A stretch of 64,000 nt of DNA, taken from positions 9,300,001 to 9,364,000 of the forward strand of contig CM106585.1 in assembly GCA_048013815.1 (NCBI GenBank), given 5' to 3'. The notes under the pieces are model-generated. The model saw only the letters and a program-made list of their open reading frames with translations. It had not been told where the DNA came from and made no database searches. Below are positions 51,055-64,000 of the stretch, in pieces. Both the position numbers and the translations under genes were made by a program. Origin of the DNA: Setoptus koraiensis. Its lineage: Eukaryota > Animalia > Arthropoda. How positions within the stretch are numbered: position 1 is the stretch's first letter; every line of letters begins with the position of its first letter.

Positions 51055-53870
51055 CGTTCAAGGTAACAACGAGCGGCCAAGTGGGGCGCACAGGCGATAG
51101 TAATTGTTTGTTAATGTTGATAGTTGGCCGGTCCACTCATCGTCGATACACTCGCCGCACACTAATCTCAGGCCGGCGAGCCACCTCCTGACAATGGCCG
51201 CCAGACGACCAGTTAGTATGGGCATGCGAGTTGCCAGTTTGCGCAATCGCATCTTCGTTAGCAGTGGGCATAAGCGCGCCAGAGATAATTGCAATTCGAG
51301 AACAATAAAAAGTAAGCGCAATGTATCTGTGCGCCGCATCGAATTACCCGCCGCTTGCTGCAAACACAACCGGCCGCCTGGCCAGCCACTAACTAACAAT
51401 TGTAAATACAGCGTTTGTGCGTATGTTATTGTTATCATTATCATTATCAGCAGTTGCATCAGTTGAAACTCACAACTTGTCCGACAGGCAAGTTGTTATT
51501 ATTTATTAAATATGATTATTGTTTCATCTGTGCAGTGTCGGCCGGCGTCGTATTGGCCCGACGAGCGTCGAATGGCTGCCACTGGCCGCCAGCGACACAA
51601 CAATGCTGCTATTATCCAATATCATCATCTTCATGTGTGTGTGTGTGTGTGTGTTACGTAAGCGCCCAACCTCATGAATGCGAAGCCCATGATCACCCTA
51701 TGCGATGTTCGCCCAATGTATGTTCGCTCACAATTGTCAGTATGTTGGCGGCCCTGCGATGCCTGGCCGCGAACAATGGCCACCGCGATTAGGCCGACGT
51801 CAGTCGTTAGCTAATCAATTGGATTGCGCTAATCACGTCGAGCTGGCGCGCTAATCACGTCGAGCGGCTCGCTAATCATTCAGTGCGCCGGCTAGGCGCA
51901 CCCATGCCAAGTCGTTAGACGATGCTCGTTTGCGCATCACTCCAGGCAAGCCTACACAGCCAGCCAACAGAGTCGGCCGAAACAGAGTCGGCCGAAACGG
52001 AGAGACTCTGTTCGGGAATTGCAGCGCGGTGCTTATTCAAATGCTGTGCGCTGTTGTAATCACGGTCGTCATCACCAAATTGACAACTAATTATCATCTC
52101 CGTCGCCGCGCCGCGCCGCCCATTCGTGTGCCTGCGCCGGGCCTGTGCTACAGCAGGGCCTGTGGCCCGTCTGCGCCGAGCTAGCTGAATGTGGGCCCCG
52201 CGTCGCCGGCGGCACCCACAGCCAGCCAGCCAGACAGACGTTTGCGTCACTGTTTGCTTAGCGCTGTGCCACTTGCTCGCCGGTGCCGCCTGGCGCAGGC
52301 ACAGAGTGGCTGCAAGTTCTCAAGCTCTCGGTGCAAGTTCCAATTAGCGGCCCGGCGGCGAGCCACAGCCGAGCGGGCACACTGGAGCAGCGAGCGCGCG
52401 GCCAGCTCACGAGAGCGAGCGCTCTCACACTGGCGAGCGCAGTTAATTACAGCAGGTGAATGTTGGCGCTGCTAATTGTTTTTCAACAACAAATCATCAT
52501 CGTTTGTTTATCTCTGTCTGCATCTTGTATCATTGCTTGTTATTGTTTGCTGGGTCGGATGTGCACAGGCGAGCGGTGCAGGCAAACAAACGTGAAAATA
52601 TGAAAAAATATGAAAATGTAATAATGTAAGAATGTGCAAATGCGAAAATGTGGAAACGGGGGTATGTGCAAAGGTAAAAATGTGCAAATGTAAAAATGTG
52701 GAAACGTAACAAGAGGCACAATGAGCGCAATAAGCGCAATGAGTGGAAACAGCCCATCAACTGGCTTGCGAGCAAACTGCTGAAAGCGGCCATTCCCTCC
52801 GCTTGCCGCCGCCAGTCGCTGATTGTCGGCTGCTGCCGGCTGGCTGATTGTTGCCTGCTGCAACCCCATTATAATGGCAACTCATTATAAATGGCACTGT
52901 GTGTACAACAAGGCGAATGTAGTACAAAAGCAGCAGCAACAACAACAACAACAACAACAACGGCAACAACCGCGGCGACGACAACAGGTAATCTGCTGTT
53001 GGTAGCGGGCGAGCCGGCGCAAACGAACCGTCTGTCGAGAATATTATTAATGATATTTATTTCTTCTTATCGTTAATTTGATACAACACTAACTGCAACA
53101 GCGCCAACAACAGCAACAGCGCCAACAGAAACAACGGCACAGTCGAGCATAGTTGGCGCACTCGGCACATCTTCGCCCTCGCCGCCGACACACCCTCCGA
53201 GGCTCGCAGTCCGAGCGCAGGCTGGCCGCCGGTGGGCGTGCCGCGGACGGTCGCACAACGGCGACAAGTGGGCCAACGGTAAGCATGCTCGACGGCAATG
53301 TTCGGCGATATGCGGCGCCGACCCGCGAGGCCGCACACCGGCTCAGAGAGAAGGGGTACGCAACGAACGGTGAGCCCGGCGCGCCATTAGCCGTACCGTC
53401 TGTTCGTCTATTCGTCTGGTGGGTGTATGCGCAGTGCGCATCATGCATAATTCGTGCGCTGTGCGCCCGACGCGAGTGCATGCGCCGGCTAATGGTCAGC
53501 GCGCCCAGTGCCCGGCCGGCCTGCCAACAACGGCAAACAACAGGTTGGGCAGGCACTAATGACCATGATAATAGTTTCTACGATTTCAATCGTCCACAAT
53601 TGGAACCATTCAATAATTGCACACACACGAATCCATTAACGCGCGATCTGTTCACATGATTGCTCGCACGGCGCGCATTATTCATTTGGTGTCGTTGGTC
53701 GCATCGTCGGAGCATCGGCGCGCATTGCTGCATCTTGTTGCGTAATGTTGCATGATAATAATGCTGCTCGCCGAGCCCGCTCAATTGAAGCGCAATTGAA
53801 TAGTGCGCATGATGCGAGCGGTGCTTGCAACAGGTGAGCGAGCGCCGGCCCGGCGCCGGGCCCGGCCAAC

Positions 53871-53924
53871 CAACGAGCACAGGCGAGCCAACGAGCACAG
53901 GCGAGCCAACGAGCACAGGCGAGC
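53871..53924. repeat. 18-bp tandem repeat CAACGAGCACAGGCGAGC x3
   Basis: Three perfect adjacent copies. Confidence 0.9.
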
Positions 53925-54771
53925 GCAACGAGTGCGCGAAGGGCGCAACTGGGCAATGCGATAATTAGTAGCTGGCGCGCATTGTTTGGGCAGCGCCGGC
54001 GCGGCTTTCGTCGGGCGCCCGCATGCTAACAAACCTGTCGACAAGTGAGCGCCAAAGCAAGCGCAAAGTTGCGCTCAACCAAAGTCGGGCCGCAGCGGCC
54101 AGCCCGAGCCTGCACAAATTGAATAGTCGCAATCACCTGTCGGGCAATTGAATTAGCGCCAGTGGCCGCATTATAGGCCGGTCAGCGCTCGGCGGTGCGC
54201 GGCGACAAGTGCGCTGCAGCGAGCGTCGGTGCGCCGCCAGCCAGTCTGCGGGCTGTCTGGCGGCCTGAAACGGCTCGCTGCGGCGCAACAAACAGTGACA
54301 ATGTTATCAATAATGCTCGCTGCCGCCTGACAGTCGCTTATTAATTGTCGGCGCAGTTGACGACGACGACGACGACGACACAATGGGACAATGGTCCCAA
54401 TAATGAACTCTCGGGCTGCAGTTGGCCGGCAGCTGGCGCTCGGCATGGGCCAACTTGGGCGAGCAGTGAGAATAAATTATGCAAATTTCCACTTATAATT
54501 GTTGTCGTGGTTGTGCGCCACTTCCTATCGCGCACTCGATGCCGCTGCCGCCGCTGCTCCCAATTGATTCTCACTGGCTGCTCATTATAAATTATGCAAA
54601 TCATGCTCTTTGTTCACACACTACATGTCGCACTGTAGCAGTCACATACTAAGACGACTACGACAATCGCAGGGGCTTGCTGCCGGCAGCTTGCTCCACT
54701 CGCGGCGGCTCGGCGAGACAATGGGCGCGCTTGTGCGACAATTCGCCGCAGATCGCCTCAGTTGGCCACAG

Positions 54772-54883
54772 TTCGCAAACACTGTGCGCCAATTCGCGAC
54801 AAATCGCAAACACTGTGCGCCAACTCGCAAACACTGCGCGCCAATTCGCAAACACTGCGCGCCAATTCGCAAACATTGCGCGC
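54772..54883. repeat. 21-bp minisatellite TCGCAAACACTG(T/C)GCGCCAA(T/C), about 5 copies
   Basis: Direct tandem copies with one partial unit and no unique spacers. Confidence 0.85.
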
Positions 54884-57800
54884 ACTGCGCGCCTCATTAT
54901 CATATATCATCAATACGCGCAATAGAGTTATTCGGCAGCGCTATTCAATTGTTGTTGTTGTTGTTGTTGTCGTTTAAAATTGAATTAGCCCGCAAGACGA
55001 CAGTTCAAACAGTGCAATGGGGCCTCTATACTGCCACACACGGCCCGTGTGTCGCCAACAAACCAACCAATAACAAGTGCCCTATAATGGATTTGCGCGA
55101 CACACAGCCCGACAAGTGCCCTATAATAGATTTGCGCGCCTCACACAGCGCGCCGCGCCGCACAGTGTCACTGCACTATAACTGCACTTTGCTGCTCATA
55201 AAGCTTGCTCACAAACTGCGCACTTTATTCACAGCGTCACCCCCTTTCCCGACAAGTTTTGCGAGTGTCGCCCGACAGAGGGGTGCTGCGCCGCGCACGT
55301 CGGGCTGTGCCCTGAGCGGAGGGCGGCACAGCGAGCCGGCCAACAGAGTATAAAGCACGAATCAATCAATGCTAGTAATCAATCGGCATAATTGCGGCGC
55401 TAATTGATTATGATTCTTTTTTAATTATGTCTCCGCTTGCGAAGCTGTCTCATTATGTGCACTCGTCTTCGCTGGATCGGATCGGCTCGGCTGGAGCGGC
55501 GCGCTTAGAGCCCCGAACGAGTGTAGTCATGGCTGTCGACGATAACTGGCGATGCGTCAGCAGTGATTGTTTCAACTCACTCAAGGTCAACCGGTCAATT
55601 AAGCCAAAGCGTTAGTTTGCATTTCGAGCCCAACTATCAAATATACAAATACACAAATATAAACACGCTAACACAAATGCAATCAACAACTAATTAGCTG
55701 TTGACACAGGCTGCCGATGCCGGTTGCACAGGTACACGATAGACCGATAGCACGATAATGGAGAGAGGCCCGAGGCGTCGTTCAGCCATCGATGGTCGTG
55801 GCCCGGATCGCGCTCGCTCGGCCGGCTGTTACTGTTGTCGGCAGAAGTGAAAATTCAATCTTTGCCGTTGTAATTGATATTATTACTCAATTATTTTTAA
55901 TTGATAACCATTCTGCGTGTGTGCTGCCCCCTAACCGTGCTGACTCGCCACTGTCAGCGCTGCAGCGCCAGCCGAAATGAGAGTCGCTCTCACGCTTATC
56001 GACAATCATTTATCGATCGGGCGGCAGTTACCGATTTGATTTGTTGTTGCTGTTGTTGTTGCTGCTGCTGCTGTTGCTGCTGTTGCGCGTTTGCACCAGC
56101 AATGCCGGACTGGTTTGCCAATTGCCAATTGCCGGTCACCGGCCGCCGACGGTCGGTCAGCCGGCGCTGGCCGGCCAAAGTGGTGCAATTAGCTGTTAGT
56201 GGCACTGTCGGCCATTACTGGCCAACGCCGGCCGACAATGTTACACATTTGAATATTACACGCTTGCGCAAATGTTACGCAGCAAGTGCCAGCTTTCGCC
56301 GGCTAATGACTGGGCGCTATTTTCGACCTCTGGCGCTGTGATCGCCGGCCCAGAGCGCCAGAGGCCGGCAGAGCCAAATTGGCCAGTAGTGGCCAATTTG
56401 CGCTTCTATTGGCCACTGCCGGCCTGACGGTATCGGCTTGTTGCAAGCCGCTTGTTGTGCAAATTGAAATTGGCGCAGTCGCCGCCAACTCGCCGGTTGG
56501 TGCTGGTGGGCAAATCGCTCGGTGCGACTCACAATTGTCGGCTCGAGGCCGGCGACTCGTCGGTTTGGGGCCGGCGACTCGCTGGTTCGGGGCCCATGTG
56601 CCGGCAAGCGACAATGTGCAGCCGTGGTGCCCAGTTGGCGACGGCCGACGCGAATTGTCGCTGCAACGACAACTCAGACAGTTACTGGCAGCTTGGCCAG
56701 TGCACCCAATGGCCCTATGCGCCGGTTCCAGAGTTGGACGAGAGATGCGGGCGCCCCAATGGCCGACCGAGGAGTCGATTGTTTCGAGGGGCCGAAGTGC
56801 CGGTCGGTGGCGGCGGCGCCGTCGGAGGCGTTGCGAGCAAGTAATCACTTATTTTCTTGTTAACGGTGCGCTCGTTACACAGTGAGCAACAACACAATCA
56901 CATAAGATTACAATTAACATGACGATGATCGATCATGTGCGTGTTTCGACATGATCCAATTCCTTCTTCTCGGCGGCGAGTCTCCTCGTCGAGAGTCGCC
57001 GCGCCGCTATCTGCCCGCGTCGGCCCATTGTCGGCCGCGGATGCCGCTCGCCAATGTGTCGGCCAGGTATATATTGGCGGGCGCTTCGCAGGCGCTTCAA
57101 TGGCTCGAAGATTGATCACCTTTGCACTCTGGCTGGCAGCCTCTTGACTGGCTGCTGTGACGACTGGCCATTTTAAAATAATGCAACAGCAACAGCAACG
57201 GCAACGGCCGACTTCATTGTTGACTCATGATGAATCAATTCGCTCGCCATCCATCAATTTCTGCGCTAGGTGGCGCACGAGGCTCACACTCGCTTGCCTG
57301 CATGGCAAAGCGGGCCAGCGTTGCCGCGCAATCGATTGTGACCGACCGACCGACCACCGCGCCGCACCGCGCCACTCTCGAGCCGGCCCGCAACAACCGG
57401 CCAGCAAGTTGTCGGCGGTTCCCGGGGCGCGCCGACCACTGGCCCGCGGACCGCTCGCTGTGGCGCACTAAAAAGCGGCCATCCACCGCGAGTGTCTCTT
57501 TATTATTATTACCATTACTCTGGTCCGGCCCGCCGCTCACCATCATGGCCGGCATGGCCGTCATCGCCGGCAAATCCGGCCGGCCGGCCGGCCGATAAGT
57601 TATGGCCAACTATATCATCTGGTGCACTTGTCCACCTGTTCGTCACTCTTGTTTGCAGCCAGCAACAGCCGCCAGAGTGGATAAATGACCGGCCAGACAA
57701 AGTAAAAAGACGCTGGCCAGATTATCAATTTGTTTTTGGCTCGGCTCGAGTGTGTTGCTTGCGAGCCAGCGAGCGTTTGTTTGTTGTTGCTTGCCTATTG

Positions 57801-58500
57801 TTGCTGGCTGTTGGATCTCTCGCGCTCTGCCTGTGATGCAATGTGATGATTGATGGTGGTTGTATCCTACAATCAATTTTGATTACTCAATCAAATATCT
57901 GTTGCTGCCGCCGCCGCAGCTTGTATAATTCAATTATTACACATTACTATTACGTTATTATTGCACAAGCAGCAGCAGCAGCACACGGACATTGATTAAT
58001 ATGACTTGTTTGCATTGTTCTCTGGCCACTCTTTATTACGCAACTCGCCTGGTCGGCCGAACGGCGCTCGCAATGTCAGAGCGAGCCGAGTTAAACTTTA
58101 ATTGTGCTCTCGCCTGGCCCGCTCGCCAGTGGTCAAAACTATCATGAGCCGACCAAATTCCGATGATGCCAACCGAGCCGACGAGCCCGACGAGCCCGAC
58201 GAGCCCGATGACGCCGATGGTGCCGACGATGGTCGCAATGAGCGAGCCACCACCAAATTAGTATTCATAGCCCAACAAATCGATGACGATGCATCATCGC
58301 GAGACATAAGCGGCTACACGGATGCGGCCGATAGTTACTTGCATTTAAATTCATTACCCTTTTCATAATCATCATTGTTCCCTCTCTATTCACTCACTTT
58401 CTTCTTTGTGTCTTGTGTTTATTTTGCTCGCTGCCGCTGTTACCGCCATATCTGCTCTCTATCCGTTTGCCCGTCTCTCATGCGCCTCACCCGCTCTCAC

Positions 58501-58548
58501 CTGATCTCGCCTGATCTCGCCTGATCTCGCCTCATCTCACCTGATCGC
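58501..58548. repeat. 10-bp tandem repeat CTGATCTCGC
   Basis: Three perfect copies plus two degenerate copies. Confidence 0.85.
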
Positions 58549-60507
58549 GGCTAATCCCATAAAATAAGCCGAGGCGAGACGAGCCGAGAGCCAACGGACG
58601 GCGGCTTGCATCGGGCCAAGGCATTAGATTCACATTAGATTATGAGTGCGATTAGAGTGGCGCCGAGAACAAACTAAACAACATGTTACATGCAAAACTC
58701 AACGATAAGCTCAACGAATTGCGAGATATACTTATTATAAGTGTATAAGCAAGGGTGGCATATCCATGCGCGATGTCAGACTGCATGCCAGACGGATAGG
58801 GCACTAAAATGGATAATTGTTGTTGCTAATTCTGTTATCAAACAATTGTTCATATTGGCACAATTAACAGAGCAACCAGCCAATTGATTGTGTTTGTGTC
58901 GTCGGCTTGCGCAGTTGCGACACAAGCTGTCACAAAGAGTCACACTGTCATGCTGCCACTTCACTGCCCGATATAGGTTGCCATATGTCACCCGACAACA
59001 AATTGCGAGTGCTTGACTCACCTGTGCGAATGGGTCTGTCGAGCGATCGACGATCAACTGCGACTTGATTGGGTTCAATTGGGCTCAATTGGGCAACCAG
59101 ACTCACAATTGTCGATCAAGTGAATGCACAGCCAGCAGAGGCTAATAAATCATTTGTTGCAACACAACTATGTGTCGCCATACATACATGAGTATTTAAA
59201 TTGTTTCCTTTTGACACATATTTTGACATATTTGCATCATCGACGATCGGCTTGCTGCTGTTTGTGCCGTTGAGTTTGTCTGTTTGCACTCGTTGGCACT
59301 CGCTGGCACTCGTTGTCATTCGTCGCCATTCGTTGGCATTGGACACTCGACGGGATAACATGGGACAATATGGCATAACATGGCATAATAATCAGGCAAA
59401 TGATGAGCGTGATATTGTGAGCCGATTTACAATTGTCGTCTCACTGACTCATTTGCGAACACACCAGCCCATGAGGTAACATGAGCTCGGCAGCAGCTGA
59501 CATGTGTGGTTGTTGTTGTTTGATGAATTGTTAAAATAATAATTAACACTCTCAATTAAAATTCATACCACAGCAAGTGTTAAATCAATTCATTTTTTGT
59601 TGCCTCATCATCTCACTGGTCGCTAGTGGCTGGTGCCATTATAATTATTATATTATATTATATCATCGTGATAATAACAACGAACAACAGCAACAACAAC
59701 AATCAACAACTATCACATGCTAGCCAACCAACAAACAATGACGGGGTAACATGATTCTTGAGACAAGTGAATACCACTGACAGCCAGTAGTGGAACATTT
59801 TTTTCCAGATGCAAACAAACAATAATCATGGCTATGTTAATTGTTGTTACTGTTGCTGTTGTTGTTATGTTGCATCGCATCATATGGCATCGCTTAAAAT
59901 AACTAACTCAACACACTAAACGATAAATACAATTACAGCTACACTTGGCTTCACTCTCCTAGGCTTGTTTCGCAATCACTGACTCGCAAGTTTGTTAGAT
60001 ATTTCGCCAGCTTTGCATTCGTTTTGTCGTTATTTGCTATGCCTGAACCAGAATCACTGTAATCACTTTACGTAATCGATTGTGTTTTTATATTAATGTT
60101 GTTGTTGTTGTTGCTGCTCAAGTGTGAATGTGTGTCTGAAACTGGTGCAACTACACTCAACTACTGACAACTGCGAACTCGCAAGGTATTGTTAAATGCC
60201 ACCACCTAGATAGGAATTTGCATTGGCAATTAGAGCACATAATGGCTATACCTGATCCGTATCATTGTTTTGTTCGCCCATCCACTCTACAACAACTAAC
60301 TGGCAACTGTAGCCTGAGCAACTAACCAATTACAACTAGAACTAAGTGACACCAACCGACAAATTGATTCGCCATGCCCGAGCCAGCGCATCAATTTACG
60401 CAAACTAGTCAGACTTTGTCTACACATGAGCTATTTATATGGTTCAAAACAGATTCGAATGGCCAAATTCAGCAATGAGCACCGATGAAAAATTAATGTA
60501 AACTCAC

Positions 60508-60954
60508 CTGTACGCGCGACTCTATCAGTCCCAGCCTCGAGGCCAGCGATTCGCGCTGAAACACGTCAGGATAGTGACAAATCTCGAATTGTTTCTCCAA
60601 TTCTTCCAATTGCCACCCATTGAAATTTGTTCTAGTTCTGCGACCCTTGTCGTCGTCATCTTCGTCGTCATCTTCGTCGTCGTCGTCGTTGTCGTCTTCG
60701 TTGTCTTCGTCGCCACGATAGTTACTTTGCATATTGATGGGCTTGTTGTCACTGTTGTTGTTGGTGCTGTTGTTGTTGTCGTCTTGAATTGTTTTGTCAC
60801 TATCAGTGTTGTTGTTGTCGGAGCTTGGCGTTGTTTCTTGCTGCATTTCTGTGCCGTTCACATTCACAGTGACCGGCGGATGCGGTTGTTGTTGCTGTTG
60901 TTGTTGCATTGTTTCAATCAGTTGAGGCGGCGACAATGATACTTGTGTCGACAT
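60508..60954 (-). CDS. unc-4: unc-4 / UNCX coding exon 1 (N-terminus, acidic tract, homeodomain helices 1-2)
   Basis: ATG in AAAATG context with an upstream in-frame stop. [45 protein letters not shown] is followed by a GTGAGT donor at 60507. The phase-0 intron sits at the usual PRD-class Q/V position and splices to exon 2 at 46568 (intron 13,939 nt), giving a protein of about 1093 aa. Confidence 0.95.
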
Positions 60955-62894
60955 TTTTATTTCATTGCTTTCGTCAACTCTAACGGCTTGATTGACACTT
61001 GTTCACTCGCTCACCTGACACTATAGAATCAAATGGATTATAGTTTCTCGTTGGCAACTATTCAACTCGCCTTCTTTTCTCTTTTCTCTTGTCGTGTGTC
61101 GTTGTTGTTGGTCGCGGATTGGATGCTTCTTCGACAACGCCATCAATGAAATGATTTGGCATGATTTGTTCGCAATTTGTTCGCAATAGCAACACATTAT
61201 GCTTCTATAATAATCAGAGTTGTTGCTCTTGTTGTTTATATCCGATTGAGACAGTGGTGACGCGCATGCGCGTCACCATAAGCCAAGCTAATTTGATGGT
61301 ACTCACGACACACAACAACAGTATCACTATAGCTTGTAAGGTTTGCTTTGTATAGTTGTTATGTAACGGATGGTAGCATGGTATATGTGGCGCCATCTGT
61401 TATTGGGGAACCCACATAGAGTTGACTGAAGTCGCATCTCACATATTCGGCCCCACTAGATGGCGCCACCAGAGCCAGAAACTCAATCGCCTCCAAAAAT
61501 CTAGTAGTTTCCAATGATAATCTAGTTTTCTTTTGAAAGAAATACCCATGGCTACAATGGTAGCCATGGGTAGGTGAGTAGCGACAGAAATAGTTGCTAC
61601 TGTTGCCAATGAATCCTCGGGGAAAGAGGCAACGATAGTAGCGGAGCATGGTCGCCATGGGAATGAATGGGACCGGGCCGAGGGGAGCGCACAAAACAAA
61701 GTTAGAGACATAGACAAACGGACAAGGGAGGGTGCAGGGGGGGGGGCAAACGGTCTTGGCGAAAGAGGAGAAAAGTTTTCCACTTGGTTAGGTTTTGTGT
61801 TGCCGCTTTTGAGCGAGCGGCGGCGGCCGCAGCGCCAGAAGAAGCGAGTAGCTTGAGGAGTCGCAATTGCAATTAGTTGCACGTAATAGTGGTTCGCCAG
61901 TAACAGTAGTTATCATCCCATGGAGACAGTCTCTCCAGTCGGTCTCACTAGCTGCAGAGCTGACTGGCTAAAGGGAGAGTTACGTAACGTCCGAGGATAG
62001 AGTGATAGAGAGGGGTAGAGGGATAGAGAGATGGAGAGTGCGCACTCTCGTGGCCAATGGAGCCATTAGTTTGGCGAGATCCACTAAATGTTTATGCGCG
62101 CGCTGTATGTGTGTGCGTTGTTTGTTTACTGGAGCTGCCATGTTTCGCCGCTAGTTGTGCAGTGATGATTCAGTTTGAGGCAACAAAGACAAGGCTTCAT
62201 CTTGTTGCCAATCGCGTCTCCAACAACCACTGAGAGAGAGACACACAACTAAACTCACCACGTAACAGACACCGGCGAGCGACAGGTGACACCGAAACAG
62301 ACAGACAGACAGAGAGAGAGAGAGAGAGACAAAATGTTGCCGCTAGAGGGTGGGCTAGTTAGTTGTTTCTTGATACGCCAAAGAGGCCAGAGGGGCCACC
62401 AGTCGACAGCCACAGTCCATTAGCACCTATCGACAAGATATCGCAATAACAAGTGACGTGTTTGCTCTTACATCATACTGCAGCCAAGTGCAAATGATGG
62501 CCGAATGTGGCCAGTTAGTTGCCACTGTGTTGGCCAGTGTTTGTCAATAGACAATCAGAACAATCAGAACAAACAAACAAACAAACAAATAGTCGACAAC
62601 CACACCATCAAGCTATTACGTAACAGTTTGCACAACAGTTGTCGTGTTATGACAAGATAATTATCAGCAGCATTAGTTAGTATAGTTAAACGATAAATGA
62701 TCATGTTGCCGACTGGCGGACAGTCGTTGCACGTGCAAGCGAGCTCGTGCACGATGACACTTTGGACAAGATTTCACAGTCACGCTGACCGTCATCAGCA
62801 GCAAGTGGCAAGATCAAACGACGATAAAAGATTTGTATCAGTGTCAGTATCAGAGTGTTTGTATTTGTTGTGTGGCGCTGATAAAATCAAATCA

Positions 62895-63596
62895 ATGTTT
62901 TTGGTGTTTTTAATGATTGATATATTGTGGACGCGTTCGTTGTTTGTGAACGGTCAAATAATGCAGTCGCAACAATTATTGCAGCAATTTTATCACACGC
63001 CAGACACACCGGCAGCAACATCGGCAACAAATCATTTAATTCAGTACGACCAACACGTCAAATCGACGCCCCTCGGCGAGCCGGTATTCCGACTGGAGCC
63101 GCCAAATGTGATTAATTTCAGCAACGAAACGGGCGCCATCATTCCCTGTTTAGGTAGGTCACTGTTGTTGAGCATCGTTGCAAATTACCGATTCTCCGGC
63201 AATCATTCTCGTTGATTCTCGTTGATTCTCGTTAAATTATCTCAATTAAATGCACTGAATATCAACTGACTGTCAGTATTCTAACTCGCTCTCACCGTGC
63301 CAATCTTGCTCACAAATTGCTCGAATTCGCCATGCGCCAATGTATTTTTATCCACTTGCACAATGAAGCTTCCGGTTCGCCCACGCCAAAATTAGTTTGG
63401 TATCAGGGCGTGGACAACGAACAGCGACAGCCAGTGACAAATATTAGCAACTTGCGTCTCATAACAAGCAACGCCATTAAATTGTTACCGTTTAAAGCCA
63501 GCCAATATCGCAGCGATGTTCATTCAACTAGTTACACATGTGAGGCAACCAATTCAATGGGCACCATCCAGAGCAGGCCCTCTATCGTGCAAGCGG
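62895..63596 (+). CDS. Dscam: Dscam-family cell adhesion molecule, 5' part only (signal peptide plus Ig1); exons 62895-63153 and 63369-63596; the gene continues past the window
   Basis: Signal-like MFLVFLMIDILWTRSLFVNG. Then EPVFRLEPPNVINFSNETGAIIPCL splices (phase 1, intron 63154-63368) to ASGSPTPKLVW...LLPFKASQYRSDVHSTSYTCEATNSMGTIQSRPSIVQA. This matches Dscam Ig1 (PVF..EP....FSN.TG...C; Y...VH...Y.C.A.N..G.I.SR). GTAAGT donor at 63597. Confidence 0.85.
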
Positions 63597-64000
63597 GTAA
63601 GTACTATACTGGCGATATTTGATGCAACACAAGCTCGATATTATAGATAGACAGCATATATATATATAGCGGCAATACACATTGGCTTATGTATTATGGC
63701 TTACATTTGCAAGCAGCCCTTGTCATAACAACTAGATGTAATAATCATTGACTTGTGCCGACAGCGAGCTCAATGAATCCATCTAATTTCGAGTGGCGGT
63801 TAATTGAGAATGGGGCCCCGATGAGAAAACAATTACCAGTTGTCGCAGCTATTTCGGCGCGCGCTGCGATTCGTTTCACTGGTTTCATTGATTCGTCAGG
63901 GGAGCCCCCGGTTGCATTGCAACTTGGTGTGTGCGCCATATGCTCAAGTGTGTCGTGACAACAACATTAACAACAGCGCCACCAGTGACAACTAACAACA

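Noticed and set aside
50960-58548. Tandem repeats as a possible CRISPR array
   Set aside because: The units are directly adjacent without unique spacers, the context is a eukaryotic intron, and there are no cas genes.
24500-60400. Dozens of 60-250 aa ORFs rich in C, L, Q, T, V or R in the ORF track
   Set aside because: They are translations of CAA/TTG, CA/TG and GC-rich repeats, overlap in several frames on both strands, often start at TTG or GTG, and show no domain motifs.

Overview
This is eukaryotic, intron-containing, microsatellite-rich DNA from an arthropod. Introns of about 90-130 nt, compact genes and N/Q/H-rich proteins suggest an acariform mite, possibly an eriophyoid; that assignment is inference. 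Most entries in the ORF track are artefacts of CAA/TTG, CA/TG and TA repeats, so I rebuilt the genes by hand from splice signals. Left to right: a follistatin-like (FOLN+Kazal) exon, Rab3, an orphan 106-aa secreted protein, eIF4G2/NAT1, a hairpin-dense candidate ncRNA, tRNA-Lys(CTT), PI4K type II alpha, a 3-exon CCAP-like peptide precursor absent from the ORF track, a secreted or GPI-anchored cyclase-family (KynB/isatin hydrolase-like) enzyme, a second CCAP-like precursor, and a 3-exon orphan Cys/Pro-rich precursor-like gene. Then come about 19 kb with no recognisable coding exon, unc-4 (homeobox split by a 13.9-kb intron) and the 5' end of a Dscam gene. The most notable signals are (1) two linked, divergent CCAP-like precursors that share a non-canonical C-N-I-Y-x-G-C ring and lack the normal amidation site, (2) two introns in one of them that are about 84% identical to each other while the flanking exons are unrelated, and (3) the candidate structured RNA next to the tRNA. 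I found no prokaryotic-type elements and no transposase or reverse transcriptase ORFs.
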